From assembly GCA_038142325.1 (NCBI GenBank), contig JAYQJW010000002.1, forward strand, positions 224,001 to 288,000: a stretch of DNA of 64,000 bases, written 5' to 3'. Position numbers and translations under genes: made by a program. Positions 13,701-24,706 of the stretch are shown piece after piece. The notes beneath the pieces were generated by a model, which was not told the origin of the DNA, did not search any database, and saw only the letters and a program-made list of their open reading frames with translations. The stretch's first letter is position 1. Each line of letters begins with the position of its first letter. Origin of the DNA: Gammaproteobacteria bacterium (lineage in GTDB: Bacteria; Pseudomonadota; Gammaproteobacteria; GCA-002705445; GCA-002716945).

Positions 13701-14411
13701 TTGGTAATGCTTAAAGATATATTTAATAGAGTTACGTTCATTCATGGTTGGTTATTTGGTAACTACATATGGACAAATGTTATTGATTATTTTGATTCTA
13801 TAAATAATAAAAATTTTGTTACTTTTAACGGATATAGTGATAATTCAAATGAATTTGATAGAGAGGATAAAGTAAAGTTAATTCTAAATTCAACAAACAA
13901 GGATGATCTAATTATCGCATATTCATTTGGCGCATCATCAATACTAACTAATAAATACTTAAACAATTGCAAAGGTTCAATAATATTAATTAATCCATTT
14001 TTTAGCGAAAAAAAAGATTCAATAAAAGAATTGCATAACAGTATAAATACTGATTTCCATGAAGGAATTAAAAAATTCATGTTTAATTGCGTAAAAGGTA
14101 GTTCAAATACGAAAAAAAATTATTCGGAGTTACATAAACTTTTTTACCACAATTATACTCCTTCAGTTGATTTATTATCTTCAGAATTAGATGAGATGAT
14201 GCAGGTTGAATTATCAAACCACTCTATCGATAAAAAACTTGATATTCATATTCTTCAAAGTAAAAACGATGAAGTTAATAGCATGCAATATATTTCGCAC
14301 CTAGAAAAACAAAAGATCTCAGTAGTGAAAGTTGATAGTTGTCCTCATTATCCTTTTTTTGAATTCAATAAAATCTATGACATCATAAATAATATTTATG
14401 GAAATTCGTAA
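13701..14411 (+). CDS. bioH: Alpha/beta hydrolase, diverged BioH-like pimeloyl-ACP methyl ester esterase
   Basis: FIHGW oxyanion motif, AYSFG nucleophile elbow, C-terminal PHYPFF; directly upstream of bioC. Confidence 0.65.
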   Translation: MVMLKDIFNRVTFIHGWLFGNYIWTNVIDYFDSINNKNFVTFNGYSDNSNEFDREDKVKLILNSTNKDDLIIAYSFGASSILTNKYLNNCKGSIILINPFFSEKKDSIKELHNSINTDFHEGIKKFMFNCVKGSSNTKKNYSELHKLFYHNYTPSVDLLSSELDEMMQVELSNHSIDKKLDIHILQSKNDEVNSMQYISHLEKQKISVVKVDSCPHYPFFEFNKIYDIINNIYGNS

Positions 14412-15210
14412 GTCATTCTCTAAAAGAGCAAATACATATGATGAACAGTCTTTTATTCAACAAGATGTTAATAAAAGATTATTAAACAGACTTCGTCTGA
14501 TTAAGCATAGTCAATCTAATGTTCTAGAGATAGGGTCTGGTACCGGTAAACTGTCATGCGATATTATCAACGAATATCCCGATGTTAATTTAATTTCAAT
14601 GGACTTATCACTTGAAATGTTGAAAAAGCATAAATTAAAAAATCCAGAGACAAATTGCTTAGTTGGTAATGCTGAAAACCCACCATTTAACTATTTGTCA
14701 TTTGACACGATTCTATCAAGTCTAACACTTCATTGGTGCAACATTAGTAGTGATATCTTCTTTAGATTTTATAATCTTCTCAAACCAAATGGACTCTTGC
14801 TTTTTTCCGTTGCTGGACCGGATACATTCAGTGAATTTAGAAAACTCTCAAATAATATATCCCAAAAACTACGTTTTCATCCACTTATGGATATGCATTA
14901 CTATGGCGATTTTTTGCTGGAAGCACATTTTAAAGACCCTGTTGTTGATAGTGAGAAAATTGTTTTAGAATTTGAGACTTTTGATGAGCTACTCAAATCA
15001 ATTCGTTACACTGGAACTAATATTACTTCATCGTTAGGAAGTCAATATTTTGGAAAGACAGAATACAAAGCATTGAAAGAAAGTATGTATAATGCGTCTT
15101 CTAACTCATATGAACTTACATATGAAATTATTTATGGATATGCTCTAAAACCCAATAAAACCTTAGGTAAATCAGGTAATTTGATACAAATCAAAGAAGT
15201 AAAAAAATAG
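14398..15210 (+). CDS. bioC: Malonyl-ACP O-methyltransferase
   Basis: IRKSFSKRANTYD, VLEIGSGTG SAM motif, SSLTLHW, MDMHYYGD, LTYEIIYG. Confidence 0.88.
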   Translation: MEIRKSFSKRANTYDEQSFIQQDVNKRLLNRLRLIKHSQSNVLEIGSGTGKLSCDIINEYPDVNLISMDLSLEMLKKHKLKNPETNCLVGNAENPPFNYLSFDTILSSLTLHWCNISSDIFFRFYNLLKPNGLLLFSVAGPDTFSEFRKLSNNISQKLRFHPLMDMHYYGDFLLEAHFKDPVVDSEKIVLEFETFDELLKSIRYTGTNITSSLGSQYFGKTEYKALKESMYNASSNSYELTYEIIYGYALKPNKTLGKSGNLIQIKEVKK

Positions 15211-15305
15211 TAAATTAGAAATTCCATAAGTACTAATATTTTGTTAATATTGATTTCGAAAAGTAAGTTATTGAAGGAATAATAACCACACATTAAGAAA
15301 TAGAT

Positions 15306-16106
15306 ATGAATAAATTATCACTGTTTATAGTAACAATGTTCACCTCATTATCGAGCATGGCTGATTGGGAAGTCAACATGCCTAGAGGAGTATCACCAAC
15401 AGCTAATGCTGCGTATGATTTACATATGTTGATCTTCTATATTACTGTTGTTATCGGTATTATTGTTTTTGGAGTAATGTTTTACTCTATTTTTCATCAC
15501 AGAAAATCAAAAGGCGCTAAACCAGCCTCATTTCATGAAAGCACAACAGTTGAAATTATTTGGACTGTTATACCATTTGTAATTCTTGTTGGGATGGCAG
15601 TGCCGGCAACAAAAACACTCATAATGATGGAAGATACACGAGATTCAGAAATAACCCTTAAGGTAACTGGCTACCAATGGATGTGGAAATATGATTACGT
15701 CGAGGACAATGTCTCATTTTTTAGTAAACTTGACAACAATAGCAATGAAGCTAGACAGCTTGGATCTAAAATTGATGTTAACCAAGTAGATAACTATCTA
15801 CTTAATGTAGACAATGAAGTTGTACTTCCAACTGACACAAAAGTAAGAATACTATTAACTGCAAGTGATGTAATTCATGCATGGTGGGTTCCAGAAATTA
15901 CTGGTAAAAAAGATGCTATTCCTGGCTACATTAATGAGCTTTGGGTAGATATCAAAAAGCCCGGTGTTTATAGAGGGCAGTGTACTGAACTATGCGGGAA
16001 AGATCATGGATTTATGCCAATCGTTGTCCGTGCTGTACCTAAGCAGGAATATGTGAAATGGGTTTCATTAAATCAAAAAAATCGAGTAGCAGATAAATCA
16101 GAATAA
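15306..16106 (+). CDS. coxB: Cytochrome c oxidase subunit II (no fused cytochrome c domain)
   Basis: VEIIWT, GYQWMW, DVIHAWW, CuA motif [12 protein letters not shown]. Confidence 0.97.
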   Translation: MNKLSLFIVTMFTSLSSMADWEVNMPRGVSPTANAAYDLHMLIFYITVVIGIIVFGVMFYSIFHHRKSKGAKPASFHESTTVEIIWTVIPFVILVGMAVPATKTLIMMEDTRDSEITLKVTGYQWMWKYDYVEDNVSFFSKLDNNSNEARQLGSKIDVNQVDNYLLNVDNEVVLPTDTKVRILLTASDVIHAWWVPEITGKKDAIPGYINELWVDIKKPGVYRGQCTELCGKDHGFMPIVVRAVPKQEYVKWVSLNQKNRVADKSE

Positions 16107-16116
16107 GGAAGTTAAA

Positions 16117-17691
16117 ATGAGTACAAATATAGATCATATCAAAGAAGAGCATCATCAACCATCTGGCATAATGAGATGGATAACTACTACTAATCATAAA
16201 GACATTGGATCTTTATACCTATGGTTCAGCTTGTTGATGTTTTTTATAGGGGGTTTTATGGCCCTCATAATTCGTGCTGAATTATTTCAACCTGGCTTAC
16301 AATTTGTAGTACCAGGTTTCTTCAACCAAATGACAACCATGCATGCATTGATTATGATATTTGGTGCATTAATGCCAGCGTTTGTTGGATTAGCTAATTG
16401 GCAACTACCAATGATGATTGGTGCGCCTGATATGGCTTTGCCAAGATTAAATAATTGGAGTTTTTGGATTCTACCATTTGCTTTTACAATGCTAATAAGC
16501 ACATTGTTTTTCGAAAGTGGTGGTCCAGCAGCAGGATGGACATTGTACCCACCTCTATCTCTACAAGGCGGTAACTCCATGCCATTTGTAATATTCTCGC
16601 TCCATCTGTTGGGGGCATCATCTATACTTGGGGCAATAAATGTAATTGCAACCATACTTAATATGCGCGCACCTGGTATGACTTTGATGAAAATGCCAAT
16701 TTTTGTTTGGACATGGTTAATAACTGCCTTCTTACTGATAGCTGCTATGCCAGTCTTAGCAGGGGCTATTACCATGCTCTTGACTGATCGCTTCTACGGC
16801 ACAAGCTTTTTTACTGCAGCTGGTGGGGGTGATCCAGTACTTTTTCAACACATATTTTGGTTCTTCGGTCATCCTGAAGTATATATTTTAATACTTCCTG
16901 CCTTCGGAATTGTTTCAACCATAATCCCTGCTTTTTCTAGAAAAAAATTATTTGGCTATGATTCAATGGTTTATGCAACAGCTTCAATCGCTTTGCTGTC
17001 ATTCATTGTATGGGCTCATCATATGTTCACCGTTGGTATGCCATTAGCAGGTGAAATCTTTTTCATGTTCACCACTATGTTAATTGCTGTGCCTACGGGT
17101 GTGAAAGTATTTAATTGGATTGCCACAATGTGGAGAGGATCTATGACTTTTGAGACACCAATGCTATTTTCTCTAGCATTTATTGTCTTATTTACGATAG
17201 GTGGTTTTTCAGGGTTGATGCTTGCTATAACGCCAGCTGATTTTCAATACCACGATACGTATTTTGTTGTGGCACACTTTCATTATGTTCTTGTCCCAGG
17301 CGCTATATTTGCAGTGATTGCTGCAGTCTATTATTGGCTACCTAAATGGACTGGAAAAATGTACAACGAGACGCTCGGTAAAATACATTTTTGGATGACC
17401 ACAATATTTGTTAACATAACGTTCTTCCCAATGCATTTTGTAGGTCTAGCCGGTATGCCACGAAGAATTCCAGATTATGCTGTTCAATTTACTGATTTCA
17501 ACATGATTGCTTCTGTCGGTGCATTTGGCTTTGGTTTATCTCAGCTATTATTTGTTTACATATTATTTTTAACACTTAAACAACCTGTCACTGCAGCAGA
17601 TAAATCCTGGGAGGGTGCTGAAGGACTTGAGTGGACTCTTCCATCTCCAGCTCCTTATCACTCATTTGATAAGCCTCCTAAAATTGATTAA
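16117..17691 (+). CDS. coxA: Cytochrome c oxidase subunit I (A1 type)
   Basis: [20 protein letters not shown]. Confidence 0.98.
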   Translation: MSTNIDHIKEEHHQPSGIMRWITTTNHKDIGSLYLWFSLLMFFIGGFMALIIRAELFQPGLQFVVPGFFNQMTTMHALIMIFGALMPAFVGLANWQLPMMIGAPDMALPRLNNWSFWILPFAFTMLISTLFFESGGPAAGWTLYPPLSLQGGNSMPFVIFSLHLLGASSILGAINVIATILNMRAPGMTLMKMPIFVWTWLITAFLLIAAMPVLAGAITMLLTDRFYGTSFFTAAGGGDPVLFQHIFWFFGHPEVYILILPAFGIVSTIIPAFSRKKLFGYDSMVYATASIALLSFIVWAHHMFTVGMPLAGEIFFMFTTMLIAVPTGVKVFNWIATMWRGSMTFETPMLFSLAFIVLFTIGGFSGLMLAITPADFQYHDTYFVVAHFHYVLVPGAIFAVIAAVYYWLPKWTGKMYNETLGKIHFWMTTIFVNITFFPMHFVGLAGMPRRIPDYAVQFTDFNMIASVGAFGFGLSQLLFVYILFLTLKQPVTAADKSWEGAEGLEWTLPSPAPYHSFDKPPKID

Positions 17692-18227
17692 TGAGCGGTA
17701 TAAAATCTACAATAACTAAATTATCACTCGTAGTTGTAGCGATGTATGCCTTCTCTTATGCGCTCGTGCCTATCTACGATACTTTTTGCGAGATAACTGG
17801 TCTTAACGGTAAAACTAATGATGTCGCATATACAGACAATGACATTAATAAAGAGGACAGATTCGTAAAAGTAAAATTTATCTCTAATGTTGCTAATTCT
17901 GCACCACTTTATTTTGAACCTTCTGTAACAGAGATGACCGTTCAAGTTGGCAAACCATACAACACTCATTATGTGATGAAGAATAACTCATCAAGGCAGC
18001 TACACACTACTGCTAGTCCCAGTGTTACACCTGGTAAATATGCAGAATATTTTAAAAAAATAGAGTGCTTTTGTTTTAATCAGCAAACTATCAATTCTGG
18101 AGAAGTCAAAGACTTAGGCGTTCAATTCATAGTAGACAATGATCTTCCTGATAACATCGGAGATATTGTTCTTTCCTACACTATGTTTGATATTACAAAT
18201 AATATATCGGAGTCGAATAAATTATGA
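17691..18227 (+). CDS. ctaG: Cytochrome c oxidase assembly protein CtaG/Cox11
   Basis: LVPIYDTFCEITGLNGK and KIECFCF. Confidence 0.95.
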   Translation: MSGIKSTITKLSLVVVAMYAFSYALVPIYDTFCEITGLNGKTNDVAYTDNDINKEDRFVKVKFISNVANSAPLYFEPSVTEMTVQVGKPYNTHYVMKNNSSRQLHTTASPSVTPGKYAEYFKKIECFCFNQQTINSGEVKDLGVQFIVDNDLPDNIGDIVLSYTMFDITNNISESNKL

Positions 18228-19078
18228 GCAGTTCTTATTACGTACCACATGAGACAAAATGGCCTTTTCTAGCAACTGTTGCCTTAATGATTATGTTCAT
18301 AGGCCTTGCTAATTATATGAATGATGAGTCTACATTGACACTTACTCTTACAGGTTTAAGTCTACTGTTATTAGTTGTATATGGATGGTTTTCATATGTG
18401 GTTAGAGAGAGTGAAGGAGGGCTGTATGATGGGCAGGTTGATATGTCATTTAGATGGGGTATGGCTTGGTTTATCTTTTCTGAAGTTATGTTTTTTGCAG
18501 CTTTTTTTGGTGCTCTATATTATGCAAGAGAATTATCTTTGCCATGGTTAGCTGGTGATGGATCAGGAGTTAGTACAAATCAAGAACTCTGGCCATCGTT
18601 TGAAAATGTATGGCCATCAAATGGCCCCGCAAATTATGGTGGTGACTTCGTGGTTATGAAAGCTGCTGGTATTCCTGCACTCAATACAATCATTCTTTTA
18701 ATCAGCGGACTCACTGTAACGTGGGCTCATCATGGACTTAAAGAAGGCAAAAGGAATCAATTAATTCTGGGTTTAATCGCAACTGTTCTATTAGGATTTA
18801 TTTTTGTCGGTTTCCAAGCATATGAGTATTCCCATGCATATAATGATCTAAATCTTAAAATGACTTCCGGTATCTATGGGTCAACATTCTATATGCTAAC
18901 AGGCTTTCATGGTTTCCATGTCACCCTTGGCGCTATAATGCTGACTGTAATCTTATTTAGATGTATCCGAGGACATTTTACTAATGAAAATCACTTTGGA
19001 TTCGAAGCCGTTGCATGGTATTGGCATTTTGTTGATGTGGTTTGGCTTGGATTATTTGTGTTTGTTTACTGGCTATAA
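18224..19078 (+). CDS. coxC: Cytochrome c oxidase subunit III
   Basis: FIFSEVMFF, TGFHGFHV, AWYWHFVDVVW. Confidence 0.97.
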   Translation: MSSSYYVPHETKWPFLATVALMIMFIGLANYMNDESTLTLTLTGLSLLLLVVYGWFSYVVRESEGGLYDGQVDMSFRWGMAWFIFSEVMFFAAFFGALYYARELSLPWLAGDGSGVSTNQELWPSFENVWPSNGPANYGGDFVVMKAAGIPALNTIILLISGLTVTWAHHGLKEGKRNQLILGLIATVLLGFIFVGFQAYEYSHAYNDLNLKMTSGIYGSTFYMLTGFHGFHVTLGAIMLTVILFRCIRGHFTNENHFGFEAVAWYWHFVDVVWLGLFVFVYWL

Positions 19079-19084
19079 TTTAAA

Positions 19085-19285
19085 TCAAAAATCATTAGGC
19101 TTTATTAAATCCATATAATAACCAACTATTAATAAAATAAATAAGGTAACTGAAAGGACAATCCTTGTCTTTAATGATGTAAGACCACGGCTTGATGAAG
19201 ATTTATCCTTTAGTATATATACAAACCACATAACCAAATTGTATATTATCAAGACTAGTAAGATTATTATTATGAATTTAAACAT
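19085..19285 (-). CDS. Small two-helix membrane protein (DUF2909-like) typical of cox clusters
   Basis: Two hydrophobic helices, SLKTRIVLSV.LF pattern, antisense position between coxC and SURF1. Confidence 0.75.
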   Translation of the reverse strand: MFKFIIIILLVLIIYNLVMWFVYILKDKSSSSRGLTSLKTRIVLSVTLFILLIVGYYMDLIKPNDF

Positions 19286-19305
19286 GAAAACATATTACCA
19301 TTAGT

Positions 19306-19989
19306 ATGAAAAATTTTATTAAAAACTTAGTTTTATTTTTTATTGTATTAACCTGCTTTTATTTAGGCTTATGGCAGTTGGATCGTGCAGATGAAAAATT
19401 AAAAATTCAAAATGATTTTAAATCTCAGCTAAGCAAGCCTTATGTGAACCTAGGTCAATTAGATAAATCTCCTAAAAGATACACTAAAGTTGAAAGTTTT
19501 GGTTCATTTTTTGAACCATATTTTTTATTAGATAATGTTGTATTGAATAAAAAAGCTGGCTATCTAGTATTTTCACCTTTTTTATTTGGCGAAAATGTAG
19601 TTTTAGTTAATAGAGGTTGGGTAGACAATCATTCCAGACAAAAATTTCCTAAAATCACTACCCCTAAAGAAAAAATAAATATAAGCGGATATGTAAAATA
19701 TCCTATGAAACTACTCGAATTAAGCAATTCTAATATTACAAATAATGAGCCATATATTTTGCAAAACTTAGATATAAATAAAATATCTAATATTTTAAAT
19801 AAAGATGTCTATCCTTTCTACATCAATCTAGAATCAGGAAGTGACTATGGTTTTCAACATTTAGTTGTAAAGAACGAGAATAAACACCTCACTCATTATA
19901 TGTATGCAGGTCAATGGTTTTTATTCACCCTAGTTGGTATTATTTTTTTAATCATTCTTAATAGGAGTCGAGGCAAAAAAAATGAATAA
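19306..19989 (+). CDS. SURF1 family oxidase assembly protein
   Basis: LGLWQLDRADEK, LLDN, VLVNRGWV, HYMYAGQWF. Confidence 0.93.
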   Translation: MKNFIKNLVLFFIVLTCFYLGLWQLDRADEKLKIQNDFKSQLSKPYVNLGQLDKSPKRYTKVESFGSFFEPYFLLDNVVLNKKAGYLVFSPFLFGENVVLVNRGWVDNHSRQKFPKITTPKEKINISGYVKYPMKLLELSNSNITNNEPYILQNLDINKISNILNKDVYPFYINLESGSDYGFQHLVVKNENKHLTHYMYAGQWFLFTLVGIIFLIILNRSRGKKNE

Positions 19990-20489
19990 AGTTAAATTCT
20001 TATTAATAGTATCTGTATTTATTTTGCCCTTTATTTTTGCTAAATATTTTTTTGATACTAACGCCACAAGCTACAGAGGCACAACTAATCATGGAGCTTT
20101 CTTAACTAAGGATGTAAATATAAAAAACCTCTCTGATGATAATCATTGGATACTGCTTCAAGTAATAGATTCTGAATGCAGCTCTGTATGTAAAGATAAT
20201 ATGCATATGCTTAGACAAATAAATACAGCATTAGGGAAAAGACATGGATAGAGTCAAGAGATATGTTATTTATGAAAATACATTAAAAAAATTAGTTGAT
20301 TTGAATAACTACCCTAAAGTTATTGTTTTAGAAAATAATAAAAACATTTATAATACTCTCACAAAAATGGATGAAAGAATTTTCGTAGCTGATCCTTTTG
20401 GAAAAATTATTCTTGGCTATAAAAGTGACTTTGTAGCTAAGGGTCTGCTTAAAGATATAAAAAAACTACTTAAGTTCTCGAAAATATAA
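19982..20489 (+). CDS. Conserved cox-cluster membrane-anchored protein (thioredoxin/SCO-like), split by an extra A at 20237-20240
   Basis: Removing one A joins the two ORFs as ...INTALGKDMDRVKR...; also TNHG, CxxxC, VADPFG and LLKDIKKLLKFSKI. Confidence 0.75.
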
Positions 20490-20491
20490 TT

Positions 20492-21496
20492 ATGGATGAT
20501 TCAAGGATATCGATTTTCAGCTTCATTGGAGCTGCTTTAACTCTAGTTGTAATATCACTAGGTGCTTGGGTTAGGTTAACAGATGCTGGTTTGGGCTGTC
20601 CTGATTGGCCAGGATGTTATGGTCTTTTAACAACCCCTGATACAGTTGATGAACTAGCTAAAGCTAAAGAAAATTATCCTAATGCTAGCATAGATGTGGG
20701 CAAGGCATGGAGAGAAATGCTGCATCGATACGTTGCCGGCATACTTGGTTTGTATGTTTTTTTTATAACTTATATTTCTATCAAATATTCAAAACAGAAT
20801 TATATTCTTCCAGTTTCTATTTCAATATTAATTGTTATCCAAGCAATAATGGGGATGTTAACAGTTACAATGTTAGTTAAACCAACGGTGGTTACGACTC
20901 ATTTATTTTTTGGCATGCTTACCGCAACCTTACTGTTTATCAATGGATTAAAATATTCTGGTTTGAATTTATTACAAGATAAACTCCCAGTGTATGCAAT
21001 ATCTGCAATCGTGCTCACATGGGTTTTATTGGTAATACAAATACTTTTAGGCGGTTGGACCAGTACGAATTATGCATCACTTGCGTGTACTGATTTCCCT
21101 AAATGTCTAGACCAATGGTATCCCAAGGAAATGGTATTTGATAAGGCGTTCAATATATTTAACTTGCCTGACATTAATTACGAAGGCGGCTTTCTTGCGT
21201 ATGGAGCAAAAGTTGCAGTTCACTACATACATCGAGTAACGGCTCTAGTATTATCTATATCTTTTCTTTTAACACTAGTCATTATCTTTAAGCTCAAAAA
21301 TCACGCTTTTCTTAAGAAGATAATTAGCTTCAGCTTAGTATTCTTTGTACTTCAAATCATTCTTGGAATATCAAATGTGATATATAGTCTACCGTTGAAT
21401 ATAGCTGTTTGGCATACAATGAACGCTGCAATTTTATTAGCATTATTATCGGGTGCTTTATATTATTCTCTGATATCATTTAGAAAAATATCTTAA
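20492..21496 (+). CDS. ctaA: Heme A synthase (CtaA/Cox15)
   Basis: VRLTDAGLGCPDWPGCYG, EMLHRY, HYIHR. Confidence 0.94.
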   Translation: MDDSRISIFSFIGAALTLVVISLGAWVRLTDAGLGCPDWPGCYGLLTTPDTVDELAKAKENYPNASIDVGKAWREMLHRYVAGILGLYVFFITYISIKYSKQNYILPVSISILIVIQAIMGMLTVTMLVKPTVVTTHLFFGMLTATLLFINGLKYSGLNLLQDKLPVYAISAIVLTWVLLVIQILLGGWTSTNYASLACTDFPKCLDQWYPKEMVFDKAFNIFNLPDINYEGGFLAYGAKVAVHYIHRVTALVLSISFLLTLVIIFKLKNHAFLKKIISFSLVFFVLQIILGISNVIYSLPLNIAVWHTMNAAILLALLSGALYYSLISFRKIS

Positions 21497-22393
21497 ATGA
21501 ATACATCTGTTACAACACCAAAATCAAATTCTATAATATTTGATCTCATAGCCTTAACAAAACCTCGAGTCAATTTTTTGATTATCTTTACGGCAATAGT
21601 AGGTATGTTGTTAGCTCAAGATTACAATCTTGACTATGAGCTTATGCTATATGCAAGCATAGGTATTTATCTTGCTGCATCTGCTGCTGCTGTGATAAAT
21701 CAAATCGTAGATCAAAAAATTGATGCTTTAATGGATAGAACAAGAGGTAGGCCGCTAATTAGAGGTAAAGTAACAACTCAACATGCAATGCTTTTTTCAA
21801 TATTCATATCAATTATTTCTACTTATATACTTTATGAATTTGTTAATACAATCACCACGATACTTACGCTCTTCTCTATAATTGTTTATTCAATTATATA
21901 CTCAGTCTATCTGAAAAATCTGACTTCCCAAAATATAGTTATTGGTGGTATTGCTGGCGCTATGCCGCCTTTGTTGGGCTGGACGGCTGTCACTAATGGA
22001 GTAAGTGAACTACCATTATTGCTTTTTCTAATTATTTTCTTATGGACGCCACCTCATTTTTGGGCTTTGGCGGTTTATAAAAAAGATGATTACAGTAAGG
22101 CAAACGTTCCAATGTTGCCTGTCACACACGGAGATGATTTTACTCGATTACATATTTTTCTTTATTCTATTTTGTTGTTTTGTATTACATTATTTCCATA
22201 TCTTTTAGGCTTAGTATCTTATATTTATCTAGCATCAGTGATAACACTAGGTGGAAAATTTATATATGACTCTTATGATCTTTATGTAACGAAAAATATT
22301 AGAAAAGCTTTCGCACTTTTCAAATATTCAATCACTTATCTGGCGTTACTGTTTGCTGCCTTACTTGCAGATCACTACTTATTGATGCTTTAG
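21497..22393 (+). CDS. cyoE: Protoheme IX farnesyltransferase (heme O synthase)
   Basis: LTKPRV, IDALMDRTRGRPL, LWTPPHFWALA. Confidence 0.96.
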   Translation: MNTSVTTPKSNSIIFDLIALTKPRVNFLIIFTAIVGMLLAQDYNLDYELMLYASIGIYLAASAAAVINQIVDQKIDALMDRTRGRPLIRGKVTTQHAMLFSIFISIISTYILYEFVNTITTILTLFSIIVYSIIYSVYLKNLTSQNIVIGGIAGAMPPLLGWTAVTNGVSELPLLLFLIIFLWTPPHFWALAVYKKDDYSKANVPMLPVTHGDDFTRLHIFLYSILLFCITLFPYLLGLVSYIYLASVITLGGKFIYDSYDLYVTKNIRKAFALFKYSITYLALLFAALLADHYLLML

Positions 22394-22395
22394 TT

Positions 22396-23256
22396 TTATG
22401 CTAAGAGTATAGATTCTTTTAGTGCGGTAAGTGATTTTTCTTCGATTTGTCGAATTCTTTCTTTAGATACTTTGTATTTTTTTGATAACTCATCAAGAGT
22501 TGGTTTATTCTCAGATAAGAATCTCTGAGATATAATATCACGACTTCTCTCATCCAATTCACTAAGTGCCTCAGCAAGCTTTTTTGAATTATCATTTTCC
22601 GAATCCTGAGCTTCAAGAAGAGATAACGGATTTGTATTTTGAGTTAGATAAGCTGAAGGAGCATTGTCTTCATCATCAACTGGATCAAATGCAACATCTG
22701 TTCCACTTAATCTATTCTCCATAAGTTTAACAGTTTTAGCATCAACATTAAGTTCAGAAGCAATATCATCAGCCTCTTTTTCTGATAACCAGTTAGATGA
22801 AGTTTTTTTACTTCTTAATTTGAAGAAAAGCTTTCTTTGAGCTTTAGTAGTAGCAACCTTTACAATTCTCCAATTTTTTAAAACAAATTCATGAATCTCA
22901 GCTCTTATCCAGTAAATTGCAAATGATAATAGCCTAACTTTTTTGCTAGGATCAAATTTTTTGACAGCTTTCATTAGGCCTACATTTCCCTCTTGGATTA
23001 TATCTAGTAATGGGAGACCATAACCTTTGTATGTTTTTGCAATGTGAACAACAAATCTTAGGTGTGACATGACTAGCTTACGAGCCGCATCCATATCATC
23101 AGCATTATGAAGTCTAGAAAACAGCTCTTCTTCTTGTTCCTTAGTTAATAATGGCGTTTCTCTGAGTTGCGCTAAATAATAATCTAACGCATCAGAAGAC
23201 TCTAGGTCCAATGCAACTTCTTTAGCTATAGGTCTATTTATAAGATTTTTATTCAT
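22396..23256 (-). CDS. rpoH: RNA polymerase sigma-32 factor
   Basis: RpoH box QRKLFFKLR in WRIVKVATTKAQRKLFF; DIIQEGNVGLMKAV. Confidence 0.97.
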   Translation of the reverse strand: MNKNLINRPIAKEVALDLESSDALDYYLAQLRETPLLTKEQEEELFSRLHNADDMDAARKLVMSHLRFVVHIAKTYKGYGLPLLDIIQEGNVGLMKAVKKFDPSKKVRLLSFAIYWIRAEIHEFVLKNWRIVKVATTKAQRKLFFKLRSKKTSSNWLSEKEADDIASELNVDAKTVKLMENRLSGTDVAFDPVDDEDNAPSAYLTQNTNPLSLLEAQDSENDNSKKLAEALSELDERSRDIISQRFLSENKPTLDELSKKYKVSKERIRQIEEKSLTALKESILLA

Positions 23257-23269
23257 ATTTCTGAATATT

Positions 23270-23297
23270 ATTATAGTTATTGATTACCTTATTTCAA
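23270..23297 (-). promoter_or_regulatory. Sigma70-type promoter candidate for rpoH
   Basis: Minus strand TTGAAA-N16-TATAAT, with the -10 box 13 nt upstream of the ATG. Confidence 0.5.
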
Positions 23298-23375
23298 GTG
23301 ATAGATATAGATAAACAGTGGATAAATGTTCAGCTATGCTAACACAAAAATTCTATTTTTTGATATCATTGCGCT

Positions 23376-24706
23376 ATGCTACATAAATTCTTAATAACTG
23401 TTTTTTTTATGGTTTTGTCATTGCCGTCTGTTGTGAATGGAAGTTTAAAATTCTCAGACAGGTCAGAGGAGTACTACCTTGAAAACGGACTAAAAGTTGT
23501 ATTAATAGAAGATAAAAGAAGTCCATCTGTTGTAAATAGTATTTGGTATAGAGTCGGCTCAAGTGATGAAGTAGAGGGGAAAACGGGTATTTCTCACATA
23601 CTAGAGCATATGATGTTCAAAGGAACAAGCAACCTAGGACCAGGTGAATTTTCTTCTGTAGTAAAGAAAATGGGAGGAACAGAAAATGCATTTACTAGTA
23701 AAGACTTTACAGGCTATTTTCAAAAAGTTCATTTTACAGATTTAGAAAAATGTATTGAGTTAGAAGCAGATAGAATGATAAATCTGAAATTAGACGAAAA
23801 AGAAATTGAAAGTGAGATTAAGGTTGTTAAAGAAGAACGCAGACTTAGAACTGATGATAATCCTATATCAAAGACTTTTGAAAAAATAATGATCAATGCA
23901 TATGGCATGAATGATTATGGTATACCTATTATCGGAACGATGAATGACATAGATGCAACGACGAAAGAAGATCTTAGAAATTGGTATAATAGATATTATC
24001 AACCAGCGAATGCAATTGTAATCATAGCTGGGAATTTTGATAAGACTAATGTAAAAAAATTCATAAGAAAATATTATGGCTCTATTAAGAATCAACGTAA
24101 TAGCTATAAGAATATAGATAAAGTTGATTTCATTACCAAGAAGTATTTTGAAGTTCAAGAAAATGTCTCAAAAGCAGTTGTTTTCTTATCTTTCAAAAAA
24201 CCAGAATTTAACAACGAAAGGTTAAGAGAAATATATGCTCTAGATTTATTTATAGAAATAATGGATGGTGGCTATTCATCACGATTGACAAATAATTTAG
24301 TGAACAGTGAGAAAATAGCTTTAGACACATTTATTTCAAATGATACCTATAACCAACATTCAAATCTCATTATCATTGGCGGTACTCCGAGAGGAGACAC
24401 ATCAACGGAATATTTAAAAAACAAATTCTCAATCAGTTTAGTTCCGATTCTATTAATACTATTACAGACAAGGAACTATCCAGAGCAAAAGCAAGAATCA
24501 AAGCTAACAATGTATTTAAATTTGATTCGGTTTTTTATCAAGCCATGCAAGTAGGTATGCTTGAGACAAAAAATATAAGCTGGAAAGAGCTTGATAAATA
24601 CAATTCTATTACTGAATCTATTACTCTAAATGAAGTGAAGGCTGCAGGTAAAAAATTCATCTCTGATCAACCGCCACTTGTTACAATCCTCAATCCAAAA
24701 AAATGA
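23376..24706 (+). CDS. M16 family zinc peptidase, catalytic subunit (one base missing in the A-run near 24416-24421)
   Basis: HILEH (HxxEH) and ENAFT, EERRLR. The shifted frame continues ...DSVFYQAMQVGMLET... to TGA at 24706. Confidence 0.88.

Noticed and set aside
23317-23325. DnaA-box-like TTATCCACT upstream of rpoH
   Set aside because: Single 8/9 match. It echoes E. coli rpoH regulation but is expected by chance and there is no box cluster.
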